From assembly GCA_947628475.1 (NCBI GenBank), contig CANRAB010000003.1:3636-35635 (forward strand): a DNA stretch of 32,000 nt, read 5' to 3'. Every line of letters begins with the position of its first letter. Positions within the stretch are counted from its first letter, which is position 1. Position numbers and translations under genes: made by a program. Source of the stretch: an uncultured Clostridia bacterium (lineage in GTDB: Bacteria; Bacillota; Clostridia; TANB77; CAG-508). Below, piece after piece: positions 1 through 10,819 of the stretch. The notes beneath the pieces are model-generated. The model made no database searches, had not been told where the DNA came from, and saw only the letters and a program-made list of their open reading frames with translations.

Positions 1-1178
1 ATTAGTACCGTTACTTGCAGAAACACTTGAACTGCTTTCCAATTTACCATTATTAACAGTAACATTAAATTCTGCTCCTGAAATATTTGTATTTTTCATA
101 TTTATTTTATCTAAGTTTATTTCAATATCTGGTTTACCTGCCCAAAAATTAAAGTCTAAATTTTCGCTTATAGGTTGTTGAGTTGGATTTATTTCTATAA
201 GGCCTTGAATAACGTTAGGGTTATTATCTGCATAAGCAATAGGACCATACTGATTACCATTTAACCAACCTGAAAACCATTCATACATAACACCTGTGCT
301 AAAAAACTTTGTCTCATCTTCACAAGTCTCTTTATGTTGTCCAGCAATTAATTCTAGTTCTACACCAGGTGCTGAGCCAGGTGCAGGTAATTGATAATTT
401 CCATGAAACATACCTTCGTAGGTAAAAGCACTTCCACAGCTTCGACATATTCTTGTTTCAGTTGCAACAACATAAGGTGCAGGTGAATATTCAGCATAAG
501 TTCCACCATAAATTGTTCCTTCATAATGAACTTCTATATGATTTTCTTCTCCAAATTTTATTCCATTTCCTTCATTTAAGTAAAATTGTGAACCACTTGG
601 AGGGGTACTCATCTCTTGACCATTTATTTTTATAGTAACTTTTCCTATTGGTTGCCCATTAGCTGTAGGATAATTAAGCGAAAATGGTCCAAGTTGTCCT
701 GCAGAATCTTCAGGGACAAAATTAGTTGAACTATCTAACCCTGAAATAGATACATTTCCACCTCTGCCAGGTTGCACATTTGTTGCTTCTAACGCTTCTT
801 TCCATATTCTATCTGCCTCTGCCTCTACTGATGATTCATAACTACAATGAGCATAATACTTCCAGATTGCATTTGCTACAGGATCATACGTAGCATCTCT
901 AACATCTTGACCATATTTTGCAACTAAATATGCTAATGCAGGACCATTTGCAATATCTGCTAAATTCCCTGAATCAGTAATTTCATAATCACCACGAGCA
1001 TAAGTCCAACCATGATCCAAACAATAAACATTTTTCATGTGGTTTATTACTTCGCCAAAATACTTATAGCCACCAATAGAATATACTTCTGTTTTATTAC
1101 TAAACAAGAATGTTATAATTCCTATAGCTATTAATGTTATAACAGTTATTATAGTAAATATTTTAGTTTTCTTAGCCA
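1..1178 (-). CDS. Membrane-anchored/secreted surface protein with possible thioester-domain-like N-terminus (partial, runs off window edge)
   Basis: Open frame read by hand from ATG at 1178 (MAKKTKIFTIITVITLIAIGIITFLFSNKTEVYSIGGYKYFGEVINHMKNVYCLDHGW...). SD-like AAAGGAG upstream; N-terminal hydrophobic segment; no in-frame stop or in-frame CGG seen. Confidence 0.8.
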
Positions 1179-1180
1179 TA

Positions 1181-4100
1181 TTATTTTCTCCTTTCTTTAT
1201 TAGTAACTTTCAAAGAGTTTTTATTTGTTATTTTTATTACACCAAATGTTCCAGTTGCTATTATTGCTACAACTAATAATACAAGCCATATATAAGATTC
1301 TGTTTTTCCTGTTGTTAATGATATTATTATTGTTGCTTCTGCTGAATTATTATTTTGTTTTTTATCTTCTATTAGATATTCATTAAATGTTTCTTCTAAT
1401 GTTACTGTGTTTACAGGAGATGTTGCAGAATCATCAGTCATTTCCTTTGTTAATACTAATTTAACTGTTGCTGTTTCTCCTGGTTGTAATTGTTTATTTT
1501 CTAATTCTTCACAATATAAAATTCCATTTTCTCCTTCATACCAGTTTGTATTTAATTCTGAATTGAATTTCATTCCATCTGGAATTTTGTCTGTTATAAC
1601 TTTTGCAAATCCTGCTAATTCTCCAACGTTTGTAACTGCTATTTCATATTCTACTAATATTATTGAACCTTTTAAATATTTGCCGTCTATTTCTACCTTT
1701 GCCATACTCGTATTATTAAAATCATAGGTATTTGTTCCTTGTTCATTATCTACTGTAACTTTTGTTATTCCTTTATTTATACTCATATCAAATGTTTTAT
1801 TTAATACTAGACCTATGTTTGCATCTGCTGTTTTGCCTTCTTTTAATGTAATTATTTCTGTTTTTGCTACTGTTTTATTATTTTGTGAAGTCATTATTGC
1901 ATCTGAGTCTATATCACTTTCCATTTCTCCATTTTTATAGTCTGTTACTGCAAATGTATTTGTATTATAGTTAAATGCAACAACATAATTTCCTTCGTTT
2001 ATATTCTTAAATGAATATTCACCTTCATTGTTTGTTGTTGTTTTTGCTACCTCTTGTGATGTTTTAGTATCTATTAAAACTGCCTGTACTCCTTTTAATA
2101 ATACTTCATTCTTATCTTTTTTACCATTTGAGTTTTTATCTATCCATGCAGTTCCCATGATAGTATTGTTATTATCTAACGTTTCTTCTTGATTATTGTT
2201 TAATTGATTTTCTACTGTTCCTTCTTGAACTGTTTTTTCCTCTTTCTTAACAGTATTTATTATTTTATTAGTGGTTATATCTTCAATATTCTCTCCTGTA
2301 ATATTTACATACATTGTATTTGTAGTGTCTAGTTCTAATGATTTCGCCCTTCCTAATATATTTATTTGTACAATCTCATTTGGATTTATGCTTATTGTTT
2401 CTAAGGCTTTTTCTAGATCTGTCGTAGTAACACTAGTTGTAACTCCTGTTGACAAATTAATTGTTTCTATTTTTTGTATACTAATACCAAGCATTTGGGC
2501 AACAGATATATTTACATTTGCTTTTGCTTCACCGTTATTCCTTAAAGCAACTTTATATTGAATCTCCTCATTTGCTTGTAATGTTTTACCTGTTTTATCA
2601 CTAGCTATGACTATTTCCATTGTTGAAGGCTTTGCAATCTTTACTTTATTAGATATTCCGCACTTCTCTTTCATTATATTTTATAATTGCTCTCATTGTT
2701 TCACTTGATTTAATATATGTTTCTACTTTTGTTCTTAATTCTATTGTTATTGTACTATTATTCTTAATTTCTATAGCTAAAATTTCCATACCTTCATCTT
2801 GTTCTGTAAAATATGTATTTTGAGCTACTTGACCATCAATATAAGCATTCATGTGTACAAATGTAAATGTATCAGGTATTGGTAAAAATATCTTCATGTT
2901 ATTTAAGTCCACTCCTGAAATATTTGTTATATTTATAGTAGTCTTTATAACTTCTCCTACTTCTGCAATTTCTTTTTCCATTTCTATATTTGCTTTTATC
3001 ATATCATCTTCATAAATATCATATCTTGGAGCTTCTTGTTTTATTGTCATCTTTGATGTTTTTAAAACTTCATCGTTATTATTCATTACATCATATTTTA
3101 ATTCATATACTGTATCATCTTCTACTATTTGTGGCATGAACATATAGAATGCAAAGTTTAGGGTTTGAGCTTGTTCAAAATTTTCTATTATTATTAAATA
3201 TTTCTTTGCATTTCCGAGAATATTCATTTGTCCAACCATTTTCTGCATTATTTATATCTGCTGTTGCATTTTCGTTTTCTGTGTAATATACATTTGATAA
3301 ACCTGCAATTGGTCCTATGTTTGTTGCTGTTCCAAGAATTTTTGCATTTTCTATGCTTTCTCCCATATTATTAACAACTGTTCCATAAATTGCTACTCTA
3401 TTATATGTATCTGGTTCTACTGTAACTGAAGAATAATTATCTTTAAATGATGTAATTGTTTCTTCTCCTAGTACTGCTTTTGTTTCAACTATTACTTCTT
3501 TATTTGCAATCAACGCTACATCTAAACTACCTGTTCCAAAAGTTTGTGTTCCAATTCCATCATAAGTTTTTACATTTTCATTTTCATAGTATAAATTTAC
3601 TTTTCTATCTAAACTTGGTGTTAATTCATTGGTCTTTAACGTTGTTTCTATTACTATTTGAACATTTTCTTCATTTGATTCTGTATATTCTGTTTGTTCT
3701 CCATTTAATCTAATGGTTATTATTTTGTTTCCATTTTCTGCTGTAGCTGTTTCTACTGATTCTATTTCAAAAACTTGATTATTTAAAACTAATGTATTAT
3801 TTACATTAACTGTTTCTATTTCACTTGGTAATTCTATTACAAAATATGGATTTTTATATAAATCATATTTTATATTATCTGTATGTAATGTTATTGTAAA
3901 GTTTATTTTATTTTCTATACTTGTAGATATTCCGTGTTTTATCCATTCCTAAATCTGCAACTGTTTTTGTATATGTAATTGGCATAACTGAAGTTTCTTG
4001 TTTGTTTAAGATTTCCTCTTCATCTTGTTTTACTATTATTTGTTTTATTGTTTCTAATGTATCTACTTTTTCTATGTCTGTTACTTTTTCTACTACTTTT

Positions 4101-4945
4101 GTATGTACTATACTTAAGTTTTCTATTACATTTATTTCTGATTCTATAGTTATTGTTACGTTTTCTGTGTTTTCTGGATACACTATTGTTATAAAGCCTT
4201 CTTCATCTGCCTCTGTTTCTGCATTTATTTCTACTTTTCCATTTTCTGCAATAATTATTCCTTTTAGCTCTTCTTCATTTTTTTCTATATCTTCACTATT
4301 TTCTTCTAAATCTTCCTCTTCTTTATTTTCTGTTTCTTCTATATTTTTATTATCATCACTCTCTACTGTTTCTTCATCTTCACTTTGTGGTAGAACTTTT
4401 TTATCTGTTTCTGTAATTTCTTCATCTCTTATAAGTGTTTCTTTTTCTACTTCTGCTGTTTTTTCATCTTCTTCAGCATTTTCTAATTGTTTATATGTAA
4501 GTTCAAGTTTTCCATCTTGTCCTATTGTATTTAATAGGCTTTCTTTGTTAATTTTAGTAGATTTGTAAAATACTTTTATTTTTTCTGTTTCTTCTACATC
4601 TTGCTCTTCTTCATCTTTTTCTTCATTTTCTTCTAACGCTTTCTTAATTTCTGTTTTTACGTCATAAATTTCTATTTTATTAAATTTATTTTCATACTTT
4701 AAATTTAATTTTAATGCTTCTTCATATTCTGTTTCTTCTTCTGTCATGTTGTTTTTATAAAATTCTTTTGTTTCAACTTTAAGAGAATTTGTTTCCTCTA
4801 CTTGTTTTTCTTGCTCATTAACTTCTCCTGCATTATTTCCGTCTTCAGCATAAGAAACAATGCCAAATATTGTTCCTGATAAATTGGCATATACTAAACT
4901 AAATATTAATAATACACTTACAATTTTTTTAATTACCTTTGACAT
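1181..4945 (-). CDS. Large cell-surface protein (about 1253 aa) with signal peptide, acidic Glu-rich N-terminal region, repeated adhesin-like beta domains, one SdrD/Cna-B-like domain (GTAWIDKNSNGKKD...) and C-terminal TM anchor. Needs three +1 frameshifts, each at an in-frame CGG (3934-3936, 3214-3216, 2658-2660)
   Basis: ORF-track pieces 3908..4945, 3175..3513, 2649..3248 and 1181..2674 join into one continuous frame when the C of each CGG is skipped. (3765-3) nt is divisible by 3. Confidence 0.85.
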
Positions 4946-5340
4946 ATTAACCTCCTAAAATTTAATTATAATATTACTATATTTTTTTAATTTGTCAATA
5001 TTTGTAGGTTTTTGCATATTCGCGCTCACGTTACGGATTTTTATGTATCCCGCTTTTTTATTTGAATTTTACATTTATATTACATTTCCCTACATATATA
5101 TTATACTCGCTTATGTAAACTTTTTCAAGTGTTTTGCCTATTTTTCTAGGTTTTTTTAGAAGTTTTTCCTTTTTCTGTAATTTTTTGATTCTTTAATCGC
5201 TACGGAGTTACAATTAATCGGTTAAATTTAATAATATAAATAAAATAATTTATTTCATTTTTTTTATTTTTATGATAAAATAATTTGCAAAGTTTACGTT
5301 AAAAGTCTGCATAAATAATTTAATATAGGAGGATTAATTT

Positions 5341-6396
5341 ATGAGTATTTCTATTTCAAATTTTGGAAAAACTGTAGATAATGAGCCTGTTTCATTGTTT
5401 ACCTTAACAAATAGTAATGGCATTACTGCTACTTTTACGAATTGGGGGGCAACTATTGTCTCTATTCTTGTTCCTAATAAAGATGGAAAACTTCTTGATG
5501 TTGTTCTTGGTTTTGACAATTTAGAAGATTATTTTATTAATCACTGCTATTTTGGAGCTACCATTGGTAGAAATGGCAACCGAATTCAAAATGCAAGTTT
5601 TAAGATTAATGGCACAAGTTATTTTTTGGATAAAAACGAAAGAAATAAAAATGATCTGCATAGTGGTTTTAATGGTTACCAAAAAAGATTATGGGATTAT
5701 TCGGTTGATACTTCAAATAATGCTGTTTCTTTTAAATTGCTTAGTCCCGACATGGATCAAGGTTTCCCTGGTACTTTCAATGTTTCTGTAACCTATAAAT
5801 TGTCTAATGATAATGGTCTTGAGATTACTTATAGCGGTATCTGTGATAAAGATACTGTTGCAAATATGACAAACCATTCTTACTTTAATTTGAATGGACA
5901 CAATAGTGGCTCTATTATTAACCATTATTTGCAAATTAATAGCAAAAAATTCGCTATTATTGATGAAGAATCTATCCCAACTGGTGTTTTAGCTGATGTG
6001 CAAAATACTCCTTTAGATTTTACAAATTTTAGAAAGATTGCAGATGATATTGACAGTAGTTTTGAGCAATTACAACTAACGAAAGGCTACGACCATAGTT
6101 TTTTAGTTGATAAAAAAGTTGATGGTATAGAAAAAGTTGCCACTTTAAAGTGTGAAGAATCTGGAATTAGCATGGAAGTTTATTCTGACTGTCCTGCTGT
6201 ACAGTTTTATGCTGGAAATTACATTGACGAAGTTCCTCAAATTGGCAAAGGCAATTTTACTTACGGAAACCGTAGTGGACTTTGTTTGGAAACAGGTTTT
6301 CTTCCTAATTCTATAAATGAACCAAATTTTGCCTCACCTATTTTAAAAGCCAATGAAAAGTATTACTCAAAAACAATTTACAAGTTTGATTTCTAA
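5341..6396 (+). CDS. galM: Aldose 1-epimerase (galactose mutarotase)
   Basis: Motifs GATIGRNGNRIQNASF, NHSYFNL, HSGFNGYQKRLW, GLCLETGFLPNSINEPNF; strong SD GGAGG upstream. Confidence 0.93.
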   Translation: MSISISNFGKTVDNEPVSLFTLTNSNGITATFTNWGATIVSILVPNKDGKLLDVVLGFDNLEDYFINHCYFGATIGRNGNRIQNASFKINGTSYFLDKNERNKNDLHSGFNGYQKRLWDYSVDTSNNAVSFKLLSPDMDQGFPGTFNVSVTYKLSNDNGLEITYSGICDKDTVANMTNHSYFNLNGHNSGSIINHYLQINSKKFAIIDEESIPTGVLADVQNTPLDFTNFRKIADDIDSSFEQLQLTKGYDHSFLVDKKVDGIEKVATLKCEESGISMEVYSDCPAVQFYAGNYIDEVPQIGKGNFTYGNRSGLCLETGFLPNSINEPNFASPILKANEKYYSKTIYKFDF

Positions 6397-6406
6397 GTCT
6401 AAAACT

Positions 6407-6443
6407 AAAAATCCAGTTTTGTTTCTTGCAAAACTGGATTTTT
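6407..6443 (+). terminator. Rho-independent terminator after galM
   Basis: Perfect 15-bp inverted repeat AAAAATCCAGTTTTG / CAAAACTGGATTTTT with 7-nt loop. Confidence 0.85.
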
Positions 6444-6447
6444 CTAT

Positions 6448-7209
6448 CTAACTTATTTTTTCTTTTGCCTTTACAATTACTCTATGCTCATCACTTGCAT
6501 CTGTACATGTTATTAATGTTACTTCTCTTCTTCCATTTGTTTTTTGTGTTGTACAACTTGTATCTGTATCTACTGTTACATATTTATCATATACTTCATA
6601 TTGAACCATTTTTCCGAAAGTATCTGTTATTTCTATAATATCACCATTCTCAAGTTTTGGTACTTTACTAAAAAATTGTGAATTTCTATAATTATGTCCT
6701 ACTATACAAAAATTACCTACTTCATTTGGGTTTGCTCCATGAAATTTTACTGGTGCAATCTTTAACAATGTATCGTAATTTTCTGTTTCACTTGATAAAA
6801 TTGGATATTGACAATTTATTGAAGGTATGTATATTTGGCCTATTGTATAATATATTGTTCCATCTCTTGCTGTTACTTTTTGTTCTTCTGGTATCTCTAT
6901 TTCTCTTGTTACAACTACTTTTTCTATTTCATCTAGATTTACTTTTTCTGCTTCTCCGTTTGGAGCATTCAAATCTAATACTATTACTTCTTCTTCAACT
7001 TCTACTTTTTCTGGTTGTATTTGCATAGCTTGTAATATTTCTTTTGATACTGCTTCATTTTTATTTCTATCATAAGCTGAGCATATTCCATACGTAGATA
7101 AGCCAATTAAAGCTGCTATAGATAAAAAGAATTCTGCTTTAAACATTTTCTTTTTTTTCTTAAGTGCTGGTGTTACATATAATTTTTCACATACCAGTAT
7201 TTGATTCAT
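6448..7209 (-). CDS. Sortase family protein
   Basis: N-terminal TM, NFCIVGHNYRN active-site His region, TLITCT catalytic Cys region. Real start may be the internal MFKAEFF. Confidence 0.88.
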   Translation of the reverse strand: MNQILVCEKLYVTPALKKKKKMFKAEFFLSIAALIGLSTYGICSAYDRNKNEAVSKEILQAMQIQPEKVEVEEEVIVLDLNAPNGEAEKVNLDEIEKVVVTREIEIPEEQKVTARDGTIYYTIGQIYIPSINCQYPILSSETENYDTLLKIAPVKFHGANPNEVGNFCIVGHNYRNSQFFSKVPKLENGDIIEITDTFGKMVQYEVYDKYVTVDTDTSCTTQKTNGRREVTLITCTDASDEHRVIVKAKEKIS

Positions 7210-7305
7210 CTTTTTACCTACCTTTCTTATTTAGAATAAAATAGTATTTATTATAGTTTAAATGTTGCTAAATTATAAATTGATAATTCGCAATACTATT
7301 CTATT

Positions 7306-8161
7306 TTAACATATTTTTTCTAGTTTTTCAACTACTTTTGTTATAATTTCTTGTGGTGTTGATGCTCCTGCCATTAATCCTACTTTTTTTGTTTTTTCAA
7401 GATTTGTTATTTCTTGTTCTGTTTCTATAAATTGAACATTGTTGCAATATCTTTTTGACAATTCATAGAGTTTATTTGAATTTGAACTGTTTTTTCCCCC
7501 AACTATTATCATTGTATCTACTTGTTTTGCTATTTTTTCTGTTTCTTCCTGTCTTTGTTTTGTAGCACTACAAATTGTATTAATTACATTAATATTTATA
7601 TTTTTTAAATTTTCATTGTTTTTTATTTTATCTACTATTAATTGAAATTTCTCTATACTATATGTTGTTTGAGAAATTATTAATACTTTTTGTTTATTTG
7701 AAGTAGTTAAATCTGTTATTGCAGTTTCTATTGAATTTTCATCTTCTATAACACTACAATACTTTCCACAAAAACTTACTGTTCCTTCCATTTCTGGATG
7801 TGTTTTCTTTCCTATAACAAATATATAATATCCTTTTTTTGAATATTCTTCTGTTAATTTATGTATGTATAATACTTTTGGACAAGTTAAATCTACTAAT
7901 TCTATTCCTAATTCTTTAGCTTTGTTATATGTTTCCTTTACAACTCCATGTGCTCTAATTATTACTTTATTTTTTGCTTCTTCTATGTTGTCTATAAATT
8001 TTATGCCTTTCCCGAGTTAATTCATCTATTACTTGCTTATTATGAACCAGCTCTCCTAAACAATATATTTGCTTTACTTTTTCTGCTTCATTTATTGCTT
8101 TTGTTACAGCATTTTTCACTCCAAAACAGAAACCAGCTGTTTTACCTACTATAACTTCCAT
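7306..8161 (-). CDS. ispH: 4-hydroxy-3-methylbut-2-enyl diphosphate reductase; requires one +1 frameshift at CGG 8012-8014
   Basis: N-terminus MEVIVGKTAGFCFGVKNAV...YCLGELVHNKQVIDELT; after skipping C: GKGIKFIDNIEEAKNKVIIRAHGVCKETYNKAKELGIELVDLTCPKV...GYYIFVIGKKTHPEMEGT. (856-1) nt divisible by 3. ORF track extends the start to 8176. Confidence 0.92.
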
Positions 8162-8184
8162 GTTAAAATCACCCATCTTAAATT

Positions 8185-9237
8185 TTATAGTTTCATTATT
8201 TCTTCTTTTAGTACTTTCACTATATCTTCTTGTTTTACTTTTCTAATTATTTCTCCTTTTTTAAATAATAATCCCTCTTTTACTCCACCTGCTATTCCTA
8301 TATCTGCATGTTTTGCTTCTTCTGGACCATTTACTCCACATCCCATTACTGCAACTGTTATATCCTTTTTTATTGTTTGTAAAAAGTCTTCTATTTCATT
8401 TGCTATTGGTATTAAATCGTACTGTATTCTACCACATGTTGGACACGCTATTAATGTTGGTGATTTGTATAATTTGCAGTCCTTTAGTATTTCTTTTGCT
8501 ACTTTTATTTCTTTTACTGGGTCTGCAGATAAAGATACTCTTATTGTATCTCCTATGCCTTCTCTTAAGAGTGTACCTAAGCCTATACTTGAACTTACTG
8601 TTCCACTAAATTCTGTTCCTGCATGTGTTACACCTAGATGTAATGGATAATCTATTGTATTTGCTGCCTCTTCATAACTTTCTATACATAAGTTTAAGTC
8701 TGAGGCTTTTAATGAAAGTGCAATATCAAAAAAGTCTAAATCTTCTAGTATTTTTATGTGTCTTAAACCACTCTCTACCATTGCTTTTGCTGTTGGTTTT
8801 CCACCATATTTTTGAAGTATATCTTTTGGTAATGAGCCACTATTTACTCCTATTCTTATAGGTATGTTTCTTTCTTTACATACATCTACTACTTGTTTTA
8901 CCCTATCTTGTGAACCAATGTTACCTGGATTTATTCTTATTTTATCTACTCCTGCTTTTGCTGCTTGCAAAGCTATTCTATAATCAAAATGTATATCTGA
9001 TACTATTGGAATATGTATCTTTTCTTTTATTTGTTTTATAGCTTTGGCATCTTCTTCGTCTAAACAAGCTACCCTAATAATTTCACATCCCGCTTCTTCT
9101 AATTTTAATATTTGATTTACAGTTTTCTCAACATCTTTTGTTTTAGTATTTGTCATTGATTGAATAACTACTTTGTCCTGTCCTCCAATTTGAACATTAC
9201 CTACAAATATTTTTCTTGTTTCATTTCTTTTTTTCAT
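8185..9237 (-). CDS. ispG: 4-hydroxy-3-methylbut-2-en-1-yl diphosphate synthase
   Basis: [48 protein letters not shown] motifs; adjacent to ispH. Confidence 0.95.
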   Translation of the reverse strand: MKKRNETRKIFVGNVQIGGQDKVVIQSMTNTKTKDVEKTVNQILKLEEAGCEIIRVACLDEEDAKAIKQIKEKIHIPIVSDIHFDYRIALQAAKAGVDKIRINPGNIGSQDRVKQVVDVCKERNIPIRIGVNSGSLPKDILQKYGGKPTAKAMVESGLRHIKILEDLDFFDIALSLKASDLNLCIESYEEAANTIDYPLHLGVTHAGTEFSGTVSSSIGLGTLLREGIGDTIRVSLSADPVKEIKVAKEILKDCKLYKSPTLIACPTCGRIQYDLIPIANEIEDFLQTIKKDITVAVMGCGVNGPEEAKHADIGIAGGVKEGLLFKKGEIIRKVKQEDIVKVLKEEIMKL

Positions 9238-9399
9238 TTATTCCACCCTTTAACTTAAACATATAATTTTATGCTATTATTCATTTTATCATTAAAATTT
9301 AATAAAATCAATTGTTTCCTTTTAAAATACGTGATATAATAGTGTGAGAATTTGTAATTTATTAATGTAAAAAAGGATAGCAATTATTAGGAGGTCATT

Positions 9400-10767
9400 A
9401 TGGCAAAAAATGATATAAATGATATTATTGAAATAAATGAACAGACAAAAGAAAAGCTAAGAGATTTTGATGAAGAAGAAGCTTATTTTGAGCTTTGTCA
9501 AATTTTCGCATACGCACAATCTAGCAAAAATTATGCACAATTTCAAAGTGACCTTGCAGAGTGGAAAAAGCGCTATTCTATTGATTTGTTTAGTGATGAG
9601 TTTAAAAGTAAAATTAAATATATGTTAAGTAATGAATTTTTAGACAAAGTTTTAAAAGACTTTGTTGCTTTTGATGAATTGTCTAAAAAGGATGCTAGTA
9701 AGGGCTTAGAAAAACTCCATAAAGTTTTAGATAAAGCGGAAAAACATAAAGATAGAAGCAAACTTGATAAGGATTTAGAAGAATTATATAAAGAATATCC
9801 TTTAAAGTTTTTAAAAGAGAAATACCCTCATGTTACTAGATTGTTACTAAGTAAATCTCATATTGATAGTATTTTAGAAAAATTTGATTCTAGCAAAGCG
9901 TTTCGTGAATTAGAAAATATTACTAAAAATCCTGAAAGATATAGAGATGCTAATGATTATAAAGAAACTATTAAAGAATGGCAAAAATTATATCCAACTT
10001 CTGATTTTAATGATGAATATAAGTCTCAAGTTGAAAATACTTTATCTACTGCTCTTGATGACAAAAATATAGAAGAAATATTTACACCTCCTCTTGATTT
10101 AGATTTAACTCAAGGCGAAGTTGTACCTATATACAATCTCTCTATTATTGAAAAAGATTGTTTATCTGATTTCTTTAATATTGTTAATAAAGATAGCAGT
10201 AACTCTGATGCACTATTTGACTGGTCTTGTAAATATGGTAGATATATTAACGATTTTAATAGTGATTCTAAAAGTCTTATTATTAATAATTTAATGAGAA
10301 GATATGGTAACGACTTTTCTCATAGTGGTAGTAATTTTAGAATTCCTAAAATGGAAAATAATAATTTATTGAGTTTAAATGATTATAACTCTATATCTGA
10401 TACTAAAAAAGACTCTGTTGTTCAAATGTTAGCTATTATGTACTCTGGTGATAAAATTACTGACGATGATATTTATAATCTTAATATCATTAATAATAAC
10501 TCTCATAAAGCTGAAATTATTGAAGATGCTCACATTGATAAAACTCTTGATAAGTTTATTGATGATGTTCCCGAAAATGATTTAACTTTTAGTGATACAA
10601 TTTATTTGGCTCCAGTTTCTGAGAACTGTATTGATATTTCTACTAATAAAACTCAAGATACAAAGTCTCAAGAACTAAAAAGTGATTTTGAAAATGAAAG
10701 TAATTTGGATACTGAAAAAGGACTTGAAGATATTGAAAATACAGATGAATTTACAAGAGATTTTTAA
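9400..10767 (+). CDS. Hypothetical acidic helical protein, 455 aa, with apparent internal repeats
   Basis: Complete ORF with AGGAGG SD; repeated pattern W(K/Q)K(R/L)Y..DF(N/S)DE(F/Y)KS.. Confidence 0.75.
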   Translation: MAKNDINDIIEINEQTKEKLRDFDEEEAYFELCQIFAYAQSSKNYAQFQSDLAEWKKRYSIDLFSDEFKSKIKYMLSNEFLDKVLKDFVAFDELSKKDASKGLEKLHKVLDKAEKHKDRSKLDKDLEELYKEYPLKFLKEKYPHVTRLLLSKSHIDSILEKFDSSKAFRELENITKNPERYRDANDYKETIKEWQKLYPTSDFNDEYKSQVENTLSTALDDKNIEEIFTPPLDLDLTQGEVVPIYNLSIIEKDCLSDFFNIVNKDSSNSDALFDWSCKYGRYINDFNSDSKSLIINNLMRRYGNDFSHSGSNFRIPKMENNNLLSLNDYNSISDTKKDSVVQMLAIMYSGDKITDDDIYNLNIINNNSHKAEIIEDAHIDKTLDKFIDDVPENDLTFSDTIYLAPVSENCIDISTNKTQDTKSQELKSDFENESNLDTEKGLEDIENTDEFTRDF

Positions 10768-10770
10768 AAA

Positions 10771-10815
10771 CAAATTCACAGTTTAATTATAGTTTATAAT
10801 TAAACTGTGAATTTG
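10771..10815. terminator. Bidirectional terminator hairpin between convergent 9400..10767 and purB
   Basis: Perfect 21-bp inverted repeat CAAATTCACAGTTTAATTATA / TATAATTAAACTGTGAATTTG, 3-nt loop. Confidence 0.85.
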
Positions 10816-10819
10816 TTTA

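Noticed and set aside
4002-4568. Plus-strand ORFs antisense to coding genes (for example 4002..4568, 8069..8650, 18257..18712, 19210..19635, 27656..27985)
   Set aside because: Low-complexity Phe/Leu/Ser/Ile-rich translations lying opposite well-supported minus-strand genes; typical of AT-rich genomes.
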